Shown one piece after another: positions 46,701-54,697 of a stretch of DNA of 64,000 nt. The stretch is from positions 55,608-119,607 of IMG/VR virus record IMGVR_UViG_3300028048_003164; one strand, given 5' to 3'. Source of the stretch: a virus (lineage: Duplodnaviria; Caudoviricetes). Each line of letters begins with the position of its first letter. Position 1 is the first letter of the stretch. The translations under genes and the position numbers were made by a program. The notes beneath the pieces are model-generated. The model did no database searches and was not told where the DNA came from. It was given only the letters and a program-made list of their open reading frames with translations.

Positions 46701-47143
46701 GCGACATATCGGAGATTGACCGTGCAGCACAGTTGTTGGACTTGAAACGTGTCATCGGTGACGCAAGAGACAACTACACCGAGCAGGCCCGAGCCATACA
46801 GGAGCTGATGGGTATTACAGACACCTCCGCACTCGCAGACCAGGAGGCGCACGTCAACATGGCTGACAAGGCTACCTACGACCAGTTTGAACTGTACTTA
46901 GGTATCGCCACGGCACAGCAGATAGCACTTGAGCAGGGCAACGACGTGCGTAAGCAGATACTCTCCACTTTGCAGATGATGGGTGGTATCACCTCACCCA
47001 ATGGGGACACCGTGAAAGAGATACGCTCCATGCTCCGCACGACCAACGAACACCTCTATGCCATTAAGACGGCCACCGAGGGAATACGTGCGGAGTTCAT
47101 GCCGAGATTGCAATCAATAGATAATAAACTCTCTAAACTTTAA
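40760..47143 (+). CDS. Tail tape measure protein
   Basis: ~2,127 aa helical; ANPY-TM segment; C-terminal repeats; ATG at 40760 (the upstream TTG lies in the promoter). Confidence 0.9.
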   Translation: MPGIDWYATCDNSDFIRSMNEMSAHVRQIKDNIERAGIDIDAAFNRINAGKNLSLGTEDLNSQVDLAIKAFDRVAKAMGVSSEAAESAKKKFSETILEIANSSDEATEKQQQLTKAVMAFVEDISNGSIGEFLNDYDKEAKKFTGNIEDYYKSLLSALMDLRDILQVAREELPTLSDDNSKAALEEIDNSLDSLNVSLEDEINTVGRLAEKAHESTEAFEEQAETLGKTARAMEAVDELGKEFTIFSIAPEEELKAAKEMMEKLVSLRENIDTAVGDLDGEAAGPLFARLDKVLEKLREVESVSDLFNEKGLFRTDLMKDINSLEEIERGLLNIKEKMQQTEDEANKAEKAFVGIRTQILQARKEIEGLLDSGQEGTQEFYDAVMHASELSQEMKKINLLMDYNSKGGTLRALRDGLQGVAGAASLATGVMGLFNRDSEKMEEIQTRIQSLLGIIVGLQETYAFVTKGATIAQTLFNKAANANPYVLLATVIGTVVAGLGAYIASTREATKEENVHVDNIKNHHKEWAVSVANTAAEQISSYKKLQDEYNSLGDSLGEKEKFILDNKDAFISLGFSVNNVSDAENIFVKNTDAVVSSIMARAKAAAYQELATEEIKKQILRDQSNSSVQGGQFRTVFSAGQRLTRSQYEEYFSRYGKRLSLSDSKGVFGSTDMILTEEGARKMNQWSTNYAKMRRQKTKEEKAASEEYVRTLIENGRKETQAEINLLKGAGIEAYTKEPKSTKTTTKTTKADDTLEKEQAAQHAKQIEEELRYQDELRKIRQEASDARRDAEIASIQNDAERERAEQDEQHERNLRQIEEHANEMRKAIYEHNKKAWENAHKDSPYENTEAGKAGWMGLQLSEDQQATIDALMQKENAEYLRLVEQRYDQERQATLDFLKEYGDYEQQKLAITQEYEDKIAKASSVTERASLGLQKDKALKDLEKQQLEDSIDWAGVFNDLSGHTKEYLEGLRDQLQHILSTGNLPIDQMETIQGKIREINTAINEQGGMFSFANEQQREHTRRVQEAADAQERLNKALSDQSILEKEVADLELSLRDSLRSIDPSLAGIDFDEGWLDALGLDKQSDLYKKLSEQAVKLAKAEGNLANAREKTSKAWGGWKKAEDGVNEELKDAIARVAGNIKDWVNEYLGDLPDLLNEIGLGSAGEKVSHGLSGINNAANAAADFASGNYVGAALNAIKSVKDFGRAFGIGGGNAAEINKQLEKLSDRNEILTTAIDRLTDTMNGKSGQSAIKTYETLAKQQKELEKNLQKQLQLQMQYNAAHHSFNKNWKGFSSSELSTFNSLFGTNWNGDLNTLTADLAANLLGMADMMQKIADTGDYGDRVVERIKELAAQAGKAEEQVSALNEALTTTTKENVFDDFLSSLYDLADGSEDVMDNIAKNWQQMVNRMVINNLIGERMQSQLENWYEQLAQVNKDRTEGKIDDSYYKQRLEQLQQQYNSYVQQGQSQIEQFRQMGIIKSIEETTEEALDYLDTIRSAFEQLVSDSETDMEAWGNNLRNSILQNLIQSKLLDEEFDKWANGWAERYSKLMSDLTDGVISQTDYDRQLAELNAEFDKTTGEISEKSKQMWEAFGIDAEEAAEETKSAFEDLHSSFLSTLTDINGDVEAWSKNITKTMVEQLVERNILNEAFDQQMDTWRESFEKALEANDTEGLIALRKELEDLRESLATQAQEYMTALGYVQEVVSDTTFKDMGGDFRSQLMNLDATAEDWAESVGRKMAEKIVDEMVSSTMIQPFLNELQKAFNAAMSVEGATVSSVLTALTPQIEAAKQAFEQAQPVVHDILAQLGITEKQELPFSDLRSTFVSTLMDMEADAETFGKEIGRTLIEQMIDTQLKNQFQDKLDELNNEWAKALQNGDSAAIENIRQQMVQMREDAARAVQPLLDDLKELEYVAEDTPLSGLRSSFLSDLMDMESSTEDFADNINKILTEAFVDKFVLGDGFDKMLNEWQERYRQIMDSDISEIDRAAQLLDLKRVIGDARDNYTEQARAIQELMGITDTSALADQEAHVNMADKATYDQFELYLGIATAQQIALEQGNDVRKQILSTLQMMGGITSPNGDTVKEIRSMLRTTNEHLYAIKTATEGIRAEFMPRLQSIDNKLSKL

Positions 47144-47147
47144 TGAT

Positions 47148-47342
47148 ATGGAAAGTACATACAGACCGCAGTTTGAAAACAAAGTGGGCGTGAAGCAGCA
47201 TACGTTCGTCTTCCGTCCCGAGGATATGGAGAGGCAGGGAAACGTCATTCTCAGCAACTTCTGTGAGCAACATACCGTACTGACCATTCTTTTCTCGGAG
47301 TGTGCAGGTCGGCTGGTTTATGTCTGTCTTTACAAACAATAA
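47148..47342 (+). CDS. Small hypothetical protein
   Basis: 64 aa between tape measure and distal tail gene. Confidence 0.5.
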   Translation: MESTYRPQFENKVGVKQHTFVFRPEDMERQGNVILSNFCEQHTVLTILFSECAGRLVYVCLYKQ

Positions 47343-47348
47343 TTGATT

Positions 47349-47756
47349 ATGCCAGCAGGAGAATTATTTATCAACGGACAGGATGCCTACAACACATGGG
47401 GGCTCTCGTTGGAAGACGAGGGGCTGTCCCGTCTTGTGACCCCGAGACCGCACAAGCAGCCTGTGACGAACAAGAACGTTACGGCCAACGGTGCCGCCGT
47501 AGTGGTCGGAACGGGATATGTGGATGAAAGGACGATATCCCTGCCGATGCACATCACGGCGCCAGACAAGGCAACGTTCTGGGCGAGATACGATGCTTTC
47601 TGCCAGAGCGTGCTCAACGGCACGCAGCCGATAACGCTGCGCTCGGTATATAAGGATGAGACATTCCACCTCTACTACCAAGATGTACAGAACTTCACCG
47701 AGTTTATGCAGCAACTTGCCAAGTTCGATGTGGTGTTTTACGAAGCAAATAGTTAG
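47349..47756 (+). CDS. Distal tail (Dit-like) protein
   Basis: L.ING.DAY.TWG...DER.I.L...F.E.N; follows tape measure. Confidence 0.65.
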   Translation: MPAGELFINGQDAYNTWGLSLEDEGLSRLVTPRPHKQPVTNKNVTANGAAVVVGTGYVDERTISLPMHITAPDKATFWARYDAFCQSVLNGTQPITLRSVYKDETFHLYYQDVQNFTEFMQQLAKFDVVFYEANS

Positions 47757-47758
47757 TT

Positions 47759-50700
47759 ATGATAGATTTCCAAGAAGAACTGTTCACGCTTCCCTCGGTG
47801 TACGAGTCAGCCCGCCTTAACGACAATGTAGATGGGACGGGAGGTATCACTATATCATGGAACGCCGACACCTACGAGGTTCTGCCCGTAGGAGCATCCG
47901 TACACTTCAAGGGTGTGAAGTATTCCTTGTTAGAGCCTTATGCACCGAGCGACGCATCAAAGATACACGTGAGGTATGAGCCTACTTTCCTGCACCCGTT
48001 GGCACGTTTGACGAGAGTGCCGTTCTACATAACGTCAAGGGAGGTGGGCGGCAACACGGTGGACTTGTACACCTCATCCTTTACGGGACTGCCGAGGACG
48101 ATAGCGCAGAAGTTATGCGACTTCATGACGGAATATGGGGAGATAGACAGCGAGTTTAAGCAGACTTTCCTTACAGACGGGAATGGTAACACGTTGAACT
48201 GGAATCCCATATTAAATATATCGAATGCAAATAGTGCCATTACTGTCGATTTTGATGGTTGCTCGATTAAGGCTGCTGCATCGAGGATTGCAGACGCTTT
48301 GGGATGTAATGTTTTTTTCGATTGGAATGCCCATGCTATCCGATTTATCGCAGGTTCTACCATCAGCGGTGAGTATTATAACTGTTTCCGCGTGCTTGGT
48401 GGAACGACGAATATGGCTAAAAGGACATTGTCAGGTCTTTATGCACCTGTCACGCAACGTCTTATGCTTAAAACTGGCGAAAGTACTGGTGATGATAAAA
48501 TAAGTATTGAGGATGGCTCTATTATGGTTTATGGCTCTCCTTCCATCCGCCTTACGACAGACCTTATCCTCGATGATATATATCCGAAACTTGAACTGTA
48601 CATCAGTGACACCCACGAGAGAAGGTGTTATCTTACAGACGAGAATGGAGCACGTATTCCCGATACCTATACAACGGTTAACGGTGAGCAGGTGGTTGCA
48701 ACTTACAAGGAGTATTCCAAGTGGTATGTGAAGCTTGAATACTATGATAAGACGGCATACTACTTCGAGCAGGCCATGCAGATACAAGACAAGCCGCTAT
48801 GTCTCTTGTTCCAGCCCGACTATACAAATACCGTAGTGGATTGTCCTTTGGCAGGAAGGCAGTTTGAGGTGGTGTATTTTGATAATGTTGCAGGAGTTCA
48901 GGAATGGGAGGAGGATGATGTGGTGCCTTCCGATAATGCATGGCCGGTTCCGAGAGGATGGTTCCGACTGATCTTCACATCTGAGGGTGATACCATTCTG
49001 CCTGGCATAGACCTCGGAAACGGTGCAGGTATTATCCCGAAGATAGGAAACAAGGTAACGCTTGTTAATATCGCATTGGAGAACGGGCAGACTGATTACA
49101 AGGCCATAGCACAGACGCAGTTAAAGAACGCAGCCATTGAGGTCGTTAGGATGATGGTTGATGACAAACCCGACTATACAGGAACGGTCATAGCGGCCAA
49201 CGAGAACAGCCTTCCTATGCTTGGGGAGACATATTCTTTCGATAACGATATCACGGGGACACATCATGAAGGTGTGGTAACCAATGTTAATGCTGACCTC
49301 GACACCCTTGTGGCCGAGGTAACTGTCGGTTCATGGCGCAGAAAAACCCTCACGGGTGGTATGCGAGATAAGATTGACTCTATTTCCATCAGCAAGACTG
49401 ATGGTGACACCACGACGAACAATACCGAGGCGGGCATCTCAAAGACACAGTTTGATGCTCTTTGGAAAACCACCAAGAAACCGTCTATCGACACAACGGT
49501 GATAGACACAATGGGTGCGGACATCGAGGAGATAAAGCGGCAGAATGACGCAAAATTTGACATCATCTACGGCATGGGAACACCCACCTTGTCAAACGAG
49601 CCCGCACGCACATGGATAGCAGAGGGAACGGAAGCAGAGCACGTACAAGATATATACTACGATATCAACCGTGCGGCAGCATCCTCGGGCGGTCGTGGAT
49701 GGCGATGGATGTTCTTCGAGGCGGGTTCAACGATGACCGTTTACGTCAACGGCCAGCCTACGACAAGGACATTTTCATCGGACACTTACGAATGGGAAGA
49801 AATCCTTGACCTCGACACACGTGCCTCTTTGGAGAAGATACGTGACGTGGCCGACGACGGAATACTCTCTGCGGGCAGCGAGAAGTCCCGTATCTACATA
49901 GAGTGGAAGAATGCGGCAGAGATGTACCACCAGACGAAACTCAGCGCTACGGAGGCGGGTATGAGCACAAGTGATTTAGATACCGCCTATCTCAACCTGT
50001 GGAAGATGCTCGATGCCTACGACCCTACCCACACAGGAACACCGAGCGGATATGTCTATAATACAACTCCAGAATGGCTGACCGACTTGTCAACAGACAC
50101 CGTTCTTTCCGATGATAACTGGACTGCTGCTCAATATAGGGCGAGGTGGGATGCCTTCTACACAGCTTTGGCGGAATTGAACGGTGAGCAGATGAACGTT
50201 ATCGCCTCGAAGATTTCCTATTTCATCAGCCCCACCGTGCCGAGTTTGCCTTATAGCACAGGCGACCTGTGGTTACAAGGTGACACATTGTATATGTGTA
50301 CCGCTGATCAAATTACGGGAACTATGTCCGACTGGACTCCCGTCACATCACAGATAGGTGTGTCGATAACGAATATCTTAGCGGAGATTGTCGTGGCATT
50401 GGAAGATAACCTTAACGACATTATCACAGGCAGTAAGACCTATGCCACGGCCTACATGCAAGATACGCAGCCGTCATCATACGATATATGGTTCAACACA
50501 TCTAATCCTGTCAGCCTAACGGTAGATGGCGTGACTATTTCCGACAGCCATATCGTCAGTCTGTTTATGGAGGCTTACAGAGTTCTCGGAGATGGCTCGT
50601 TTAGGATATTCAAAGGAACTATGCCTACCTCTGCCAACAAGTTCGACCTGTATATGCAAAGGAGTTCCTTCCATGATAATTTCACAAACAGGACTGTTGA

Positions 50701-52018
50701 CGGTAGCCTCGGTGTGTGGGTGTATAGCGAGGAAGGATGGGTTAAGATACTTGATGATGCAACGGGTATCATTCAGAATTACGGAGACGCAATTATAGCA
50801 GCAGTTTTTGGCTCTGACACCTCGGGGAACAGAACGGCGAGCGGTCTTGTCTCAAAGAGGGATTTCTCATCTGTCTTTGCCTCTGCTATGGACTCTGCGG
50901 GAAATACCACGGAACTTGCTGCACTGAAAACACTCATAGTTTTCGATTCCAATGGTAATCCCACTGGAGTGATTAAACTCGATGCAAGTAAGATAGATTT
51001 TAATAGTAAGACAATCGATATGAGGGGTGCCACAAGTATCAATATCAGCACACCGAATCTTATTCTTGATGCCGACAAGATAAATTGGAAGGGTGCGAGC
51101 GTGAGCAGCCCGATGGAGGTTATCACCAATGGAGAAGGTTCAAGCAAGGTAACGAAGTTCTCCGTTGACAACGAGGGCAACGTAACGATGAACAATGCAA
51201 CGATGAACAGCGCATCGGTGACGGGAAGAATACGAGCGTCCTCACTTGCCATACAAGAGGATGCCATTATCCCGAGTCTCTTTTCCGAGGGTGTCGTGTC
51301 ACGCAAAGATGGTGTTTATACAAAGATTCTTGCAGGAAAGTTCGAGATGGGAATATATACCATCGACTCTAATAATGCCATAACGGAAACGCCTAAGTAT
51401 AGAACAAGTATAGTTGACGGGAAACCACTTATAGAGTATCTTGACGATAACGGAAATGTAGTCAATGGTATCACAGGTGACAATACTGTCATCATTGAAG
51501 CGGAGTCACACGATACAACACCAATTGTTATCAAGTCAGTGGCAAACTCATGGAACTCAGAGACATATAATGAGATAGACAGTTCCGTCAATAACCCTGA
51601 AGATATAAGCATGACCCGTTGGCTGATACTTTCGATGAATGTTTTTTACAAGTTCACAGAGGGTTATGTCGTTACGAGAACGGGCGAAACGGAAACGAAG
51701 ACGTATAATGAGTCTGGCGGAACATCGGCAAGTTCAGATGATGGGAAGTGGTTTGTAAATAATGAACTGACCGCAGACCTTGTAGCTAAGAATACGACGA
51801 AGTATTACGCAGGCGATTTTGCAAATTCCTATACATATTGGAAGACAGAGGATGGTGTCACTTATGAATGTAGAGTGGATTCCCGAAGTCTTTACAGAGC
51901 AAGTGACGGTGTGATAACATACATTAAAACAGTGTCAACAGAGTCGAGAACGGGACGTACAAGGGACGGCTCAGACAGTAGATGGTTAGACGATGGTGGG
52001 GAGGTAATAGTACCATAA
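47759..52018 (+). CDS. Tail hub/spike protein
   Basis: 1,419 aa; GGT.N...L.L, DDIYP hub motifs; P..PY..GDLW; beta-rich C-terminus. Confidence 0.75.
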   Translation: MIDFQEELFTLPSVYESARLNDNVDGTGGITISWNADTYEVLPVGASVHFKGVKYSLLEPYAPSDASKIHVRYEPTFLHPLARLTRVPFYITSREVGGNTVDLYTSSFTGLPRTIAQKLCDFMTEYGEIDSEFKQTFLTDGNGNTLNWNPILNISNANSAITVDFDGCSIKAAASRIADALGCNVFFDWNAHAIRFIAGSTISGEYYNCFRVLGGTTNMAKRTLSGLYAPVTQRLMLKTGESTGDDKISIEDGSIMVYGSPSIRLTTDLILDDIYPKLELYISDTHERRCYLTDENGARIPDTYTTVNGEQVVATYKEYSKWYVKLEYYDKTAYYFEQAMQIQDKPLCLLFQPDYTNTVVDCPLAGRQFEVVYFDNVAGVQEWEEDDVVPSDNAWPVPRGWFRLIFTSEGDTILPGIDLGNGAGIIPKIGNKVTLVNIALENGQTDYKAIAQTQLKNAAIEVVRMMVDDKPDYTGTVIAANENSLPMLGETYSFDNDITGTHHEGVVTNVNADLDTLVAEVTVGSWRRKTLTGGMRDKIDSISISKTDGDTTTNNTEAGISKTQFDALWKTTKKPSIDTTVIDTMGADIEEIKRQNDAKFDIIYGMGTPTLSNEPARTWIAEGTEAEHVQDIYYDINRAAASSGGRGWRWMFFEAGSTMTVYVNGQPTTRTFSSDTYEWEEILDLDTRASLEKIRDVADDGILSAGSEKSRIYIEWKNAAEMYHQTKLSATEAGMSTSDLDTAYLNLWKMLDAYDPTHTGTPSGYVYNTTPEWLTDLSTDTVLSDDNWTAAQYRARWDAFYTALAELNGEQMNVIASKISYFISPTVPSLPYSTGDLWLQGDTLYMCTADQITGTMSDWTPVTSQIGVSITNILAEIVVALEDNLNDIITGSKTYATAYMQDTQPSSYDIWFNTSNPVSLTVDGVTISDSHIVSLFMEAYRVLGDGSFRIFKGTMPTSANKFDLYMQRSSFHDNFTNRTVDGSLGVWVYSEEGWVKILDDATGIIQNYGDAIIAAVFGSDTSGNRTASGLVSKRDFSSVFASAMDSAGNTTELAALKTLIVFDSNGNPTGVIKLDASKIDFNSKTIDMRGATSINISTPNLILDADKINWKGASVSSPMEVITNGEGSSKVTKFSVDNEGNVTMNNATMNSASVTGRIRASSLAIQEDAIIPSLFSEGVVSRKDGVYTKILAGKFEMGIYTIDSNNAITETPKYRTSIVDGKPLIEYLDDNGNVVNGITGDNTVIIEAESHDTTPIVIKSVANSWNSETYNEIDSSVNNPEDISMTRWLILSMNVFYKFTEGYVVTRTGETETKTYNESGGTSASSDDGKWFVNNELTADLVAKNTTKYYAGDFANSYTYWKTEDGVTYECRVDSRSLYRASDGVITYIKTVSTESRTGRTRDGSDSRWLDDGGEVIVP

Positions 52019-52028
52019 ATGAGTGATT

Positions 52029-52259
52029 ATGGATGAAGGACAGAACACGGGTAAGATAGAACTCGGAATACGCTCCAAGCAACTGACGGGAGGGCTTGTG
52101 ATGCTGACGGTGGACGGAGGAATCCTTTCATCCCTGCCGATGATGGACAATGCGGAACTGCTGACGATACTCCATACACTGTCACGCTCGGAGTACGCAA
52201 AGAGTACCGACAAGACCTACGGTTTCACCTACACCTTCCCGATAGTATTTGGAGAATAA
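52029..52259 (+). CDS. Small hypothetical (tail-associated) protein
   Basis: Ends GFTYTFPIVF. Confidence 0.55.
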   Translation: MDEGQNTGKIELGIRSKQLTGGLVMLTVDGGILSSLPMMDNAELLTILHTLSRSEYAKSTDKTYGFTYTFPIVFGE

Positions 52260-52289
52260 CAGAATATTAACTTTAAAACAAAAAAGATT

Positions 52290-52613
52290 ATGAAGAATTT
52301 TAAAGAACTAAAGGAAAAGTTAGCGTCAAGTACGCTGTTTGTGTGGATTGCTTTCTTTCTGTCAATCCTTGTAGCCGTCCTCTTCGCACAGTTTGACGAG
52401 GGTGTAGATAACGAGAAACTCATCATCCTCTCACCGTGCATTGGTTTCATTATCAGTGCTTTTCTGGAGATGTACTACTCATACCGTCTAACGAAAGAGG
52501 CAGAGAAGGAAGGCGAGACTGGTTATACAGGCACAAGTGTCGGTGTGGAACTGTTGAGGGCTATTGTCGGTTGTGTCCTGGCAGCTCTTGTCATAGCAGG
52601 TTTAATCCTTTAA
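52290..52613 (+). CDS. Three-TM membrane protein
   Basis: Hydrophobic segments; upstream of lysis genes. Confidence 0.75.
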   Translation: MKNFKELKEKLASSTLFVWIAFFLSILVAVLFAQFDEGVDNEKLIILSPCIGFIISAFLEMYYSYRLTKEAEKEGETGYTGTSVGVELLRAIVGCVLAALVIAGLIL

Positions 52614-52625
52614 TCTTGGCGCACC

Positions 52626-52913
52626 ATGAACAGAGAAAAATGGGATAAACTCGTGGAAAGGCTTGTTGCCTTCGGCGTGGACAAGTGGATGCACATCGTG
52701 TTGCTCATGGTTATTGCGTGGGTGGCATCGGTGCTGTTCCTGCCATTCGGATTCAGTAGGGTCGTGAGGGGTATCCTCGCCGTATTGGTAGGTGCAGTAT
52801 TCGCTATCGGAAAGGAGGTCTACGACAAGAAGACTACTGGTGTGGTCGAGAAGAAAGACCTTGTTGCGGACGGCATAGGACTGTTGTTGTTCTTTGTCAT
52901 CCATGTTGTTTAA
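52626..52913 (+). CDS. Small membrane protein (DK..H / KE..D / D..AD type)
   Basis: DKWMH...GKEVYD...DLVAD motif. Confidence 0.75.
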   Translation: MNREKWDKLVERLVAFGVDKWMHIVLLMVIAWVASVLFLPFGFSRVVRGILAVLVGAVFAIGKEVYDKKTTGVVEKKDLVADGIGLLLFFVIHVV

Positions 52914-52938
52914 TCATTAAAGAGAAAGGAACTGAACA

Positions 52939-53505
52939 ATGACTACAAGAAACGTCGGGCAGGCATTCACGTGGGGCGTGATGGGTGGCGAGGCCATACA
53001 AGCCATTCAAGACCTTAGATGGATGATAGCCTTCTGCATTGTCCTTATCATTGCCGACTTCCGCTTCGGCAGGGCAGAGAGTAAAAAGCGTCACAAGGAG
53101 GCTTTGGCAGCGAACAACGCAACTCTGGCTAAGTTGACCGAGTTCCATCTGAGCCGGGCCATCCGAAGGACTTGCAACAAGTTCATTGACTACATGACGC
53201 TGTTGTTGGTATTCTGCATTCTCGGCTATGCAGTGACGGAGCCTTACGGATGGTGCGACCACATCGTTACGGCAGGTATAGCCATGCTTATAGCTTTTAT
53301 CTGCGAGGTGTGTAGCATAGCGGGGCATTTCCTCTACCTGAAGGATGTACATGTTAGCAAGCCCGACGTATCGTGGAAGTCAGCGTTCGTGTTCATCGGC
53401 AGGTTTTTGGCGGGCTTTGCCAAGACAAAGGATGAAGACTTAGGCAACGCACTTGAAGAGACTATTACGCAAACCTTAAACGAAGAAAAGCATGAAGATA
53501 ACTAA
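52939..53505 (+). CDS. Holin
   Basis: TM helices; ADF.FG...SRA.RRT.NK..DY...E..SI..H; directly before endolysin. Confidence 0.8.
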   Translation: MTTRNVGQAFTWGVMGGEAIQAIQDLRWMIAFCIVLIIADFRFGRAESKKRHKEALAANNATLAKLTEFHLSRAIRRTCNKFIDYMTLLLVFCILGYAVTEPYGWCDHIVTAGIAMLIAFICEVCSIAGHFLYLKDVHVSKPDVSWKSAFVFIGRFLAGFAKTKDEDLGNALEETITQTLNEEKHEDN

Positions 53506-54115
53506 ATCACAACTGTTGAGACTGTGCTTTACCTACCCGAAGGACAGGATAGACGATGATGTTCGCTTTTTCAACGAGTGGGCAGACAGGTTCGGTATCA
53601 ACACCCCTTTGAGGATAGCCCATTTTTGGGCACAGTTGGCGCATGAGAGCGTAGGGTTCACCCATGTGGAGGAAAACCTCAACTACTCGGCTGACGCGCT
53701 GTTGAGGACATTCCCGAAGCATTTCACAAAGGAGCAGGCTAAAGCCTATGCCAACAAGCCCGTGATGATTGCGAGCCGTGTCTATGGCAACCGTTTGGGC
53801 AACGGTAGTGAGGATACGAAAGAGGGCTATGTTTACAGAGGTAGAGGATATATCCAGGTAACGGGGAAAAGCAACTACAAGCTGTATCAGAACAGCGGAT
53901 ATTGTTCTGGTAATATCCTCAATTACCCTGACCTCTTGACGAAAGCCCCCGGACGTTTGAAGTCGGCCATGTGGTTCTGGTATTCCCGTGGCTGTAACAA
54001 ACTCGCTGACAACGACGACGTGAAGGGCGTTACTAAGAAGATTAACGGTGGAACAAATGGTCTTGCCAACAGGATGTACTACTGGCGCAAGGCAAAAAGG
54101 ATTTTTTTAGAATGA
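53492..54115 (+). CDS. Endolysin, glycoside hydrolase family 19
   Basis: AHF.AQ.AHES, ENLNYS, YRGRG.IQ.TG..NY, TKKINGG.NGL..R. Confidence 0.95.
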   Translation: MKITKSQLLRLCFTYPKDRIDDDVRFFNEWADRFGINTPLRIAHFWAQLAHESVGFTHVEENLNYSADALLRTFPKHFTKEQAKAYANKPVMIASRVYGNRLGNGSEDTKEGYVYRGRGYIQVTGKSNYKLYQNSGYCSGNILNYPDLLTKAPGRLKSAMWFWYSRGCNKLADNDDVKGVTKKINGGTNGLANRMYYWRKAKRIFLE

Positions 54116-54696
54116 AACAATTCAAAGCTCTTTGGCCGTACATAGCTACGGTCATATTTTGGCTATTGTTCCTGTTTGTGGTTTTCGGCTTCTCCTCCTG
54201 CAACCGTGAGTTGAAGAAGGAGATAGAAATGCTGCGTGAGGAACTTGCCCGTCAGCAGCAGTACGTGCCGCTAAAGAAAGACACCATCCATGATTCCGTG
54301 GAGGTGGTCACACAGAAAATCATTGAGGTTGAACGTATCAAGGAGGTACTTACCGATGAGGACAGGGTATTGCTGAAGGATGCAGGCATAGCGGCAAAGG
54401 AGCTGTTGAGCTTACAGAAGATGGGAACGGAAACGAAGGATTCCGTAACCCTCGAGAAGAAGGACTCCACAGAAGATGCGCCTCTCTTCTACAAGGATGC
54501 TTGGGCAGAGTTTGAGTTTAACAACAGGAAACTAAGATACTCAGTGCGAGACAGTTTGGCTATTGCAGTAAAGCAAGAGTTTAAGCACAGATTCCTCTGG
54601 TGGCGTTGGGGTGTGAAGGGCTACGAGGTGAAAGCCGTGAACTTCAACCCTCATTCGACAATCAAATATAACACTTACATAAAACGTAAGCAATGA
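54112..54696 (+). CDS. Spanin-like membrane/lipoprotein
   Basis: N-terminal TM with FSSC lipobox-like motif, coiled coil, HRFLWWRWG; follows endolysin. Confidence 0.55.
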   Translation: MKQFKALWPYIATVIFWLLFLFVVFGFSSCNRELKKEIEMLREELARQQQYVPLKKDTIHDSVEVVTQKIIEVERIKEVLTDEDRVLLKDAGIAAKELLSLQKMGTETKDSVTLEKKDSTEDAPLFYKDAWAEFEFNNRKLRYSVRDSLAIAVKQEFKHRFLWWRWGVKGYEVKAVNFNPHSTIKYNTYIKRKQ

Positions 54697-54697
54697 T

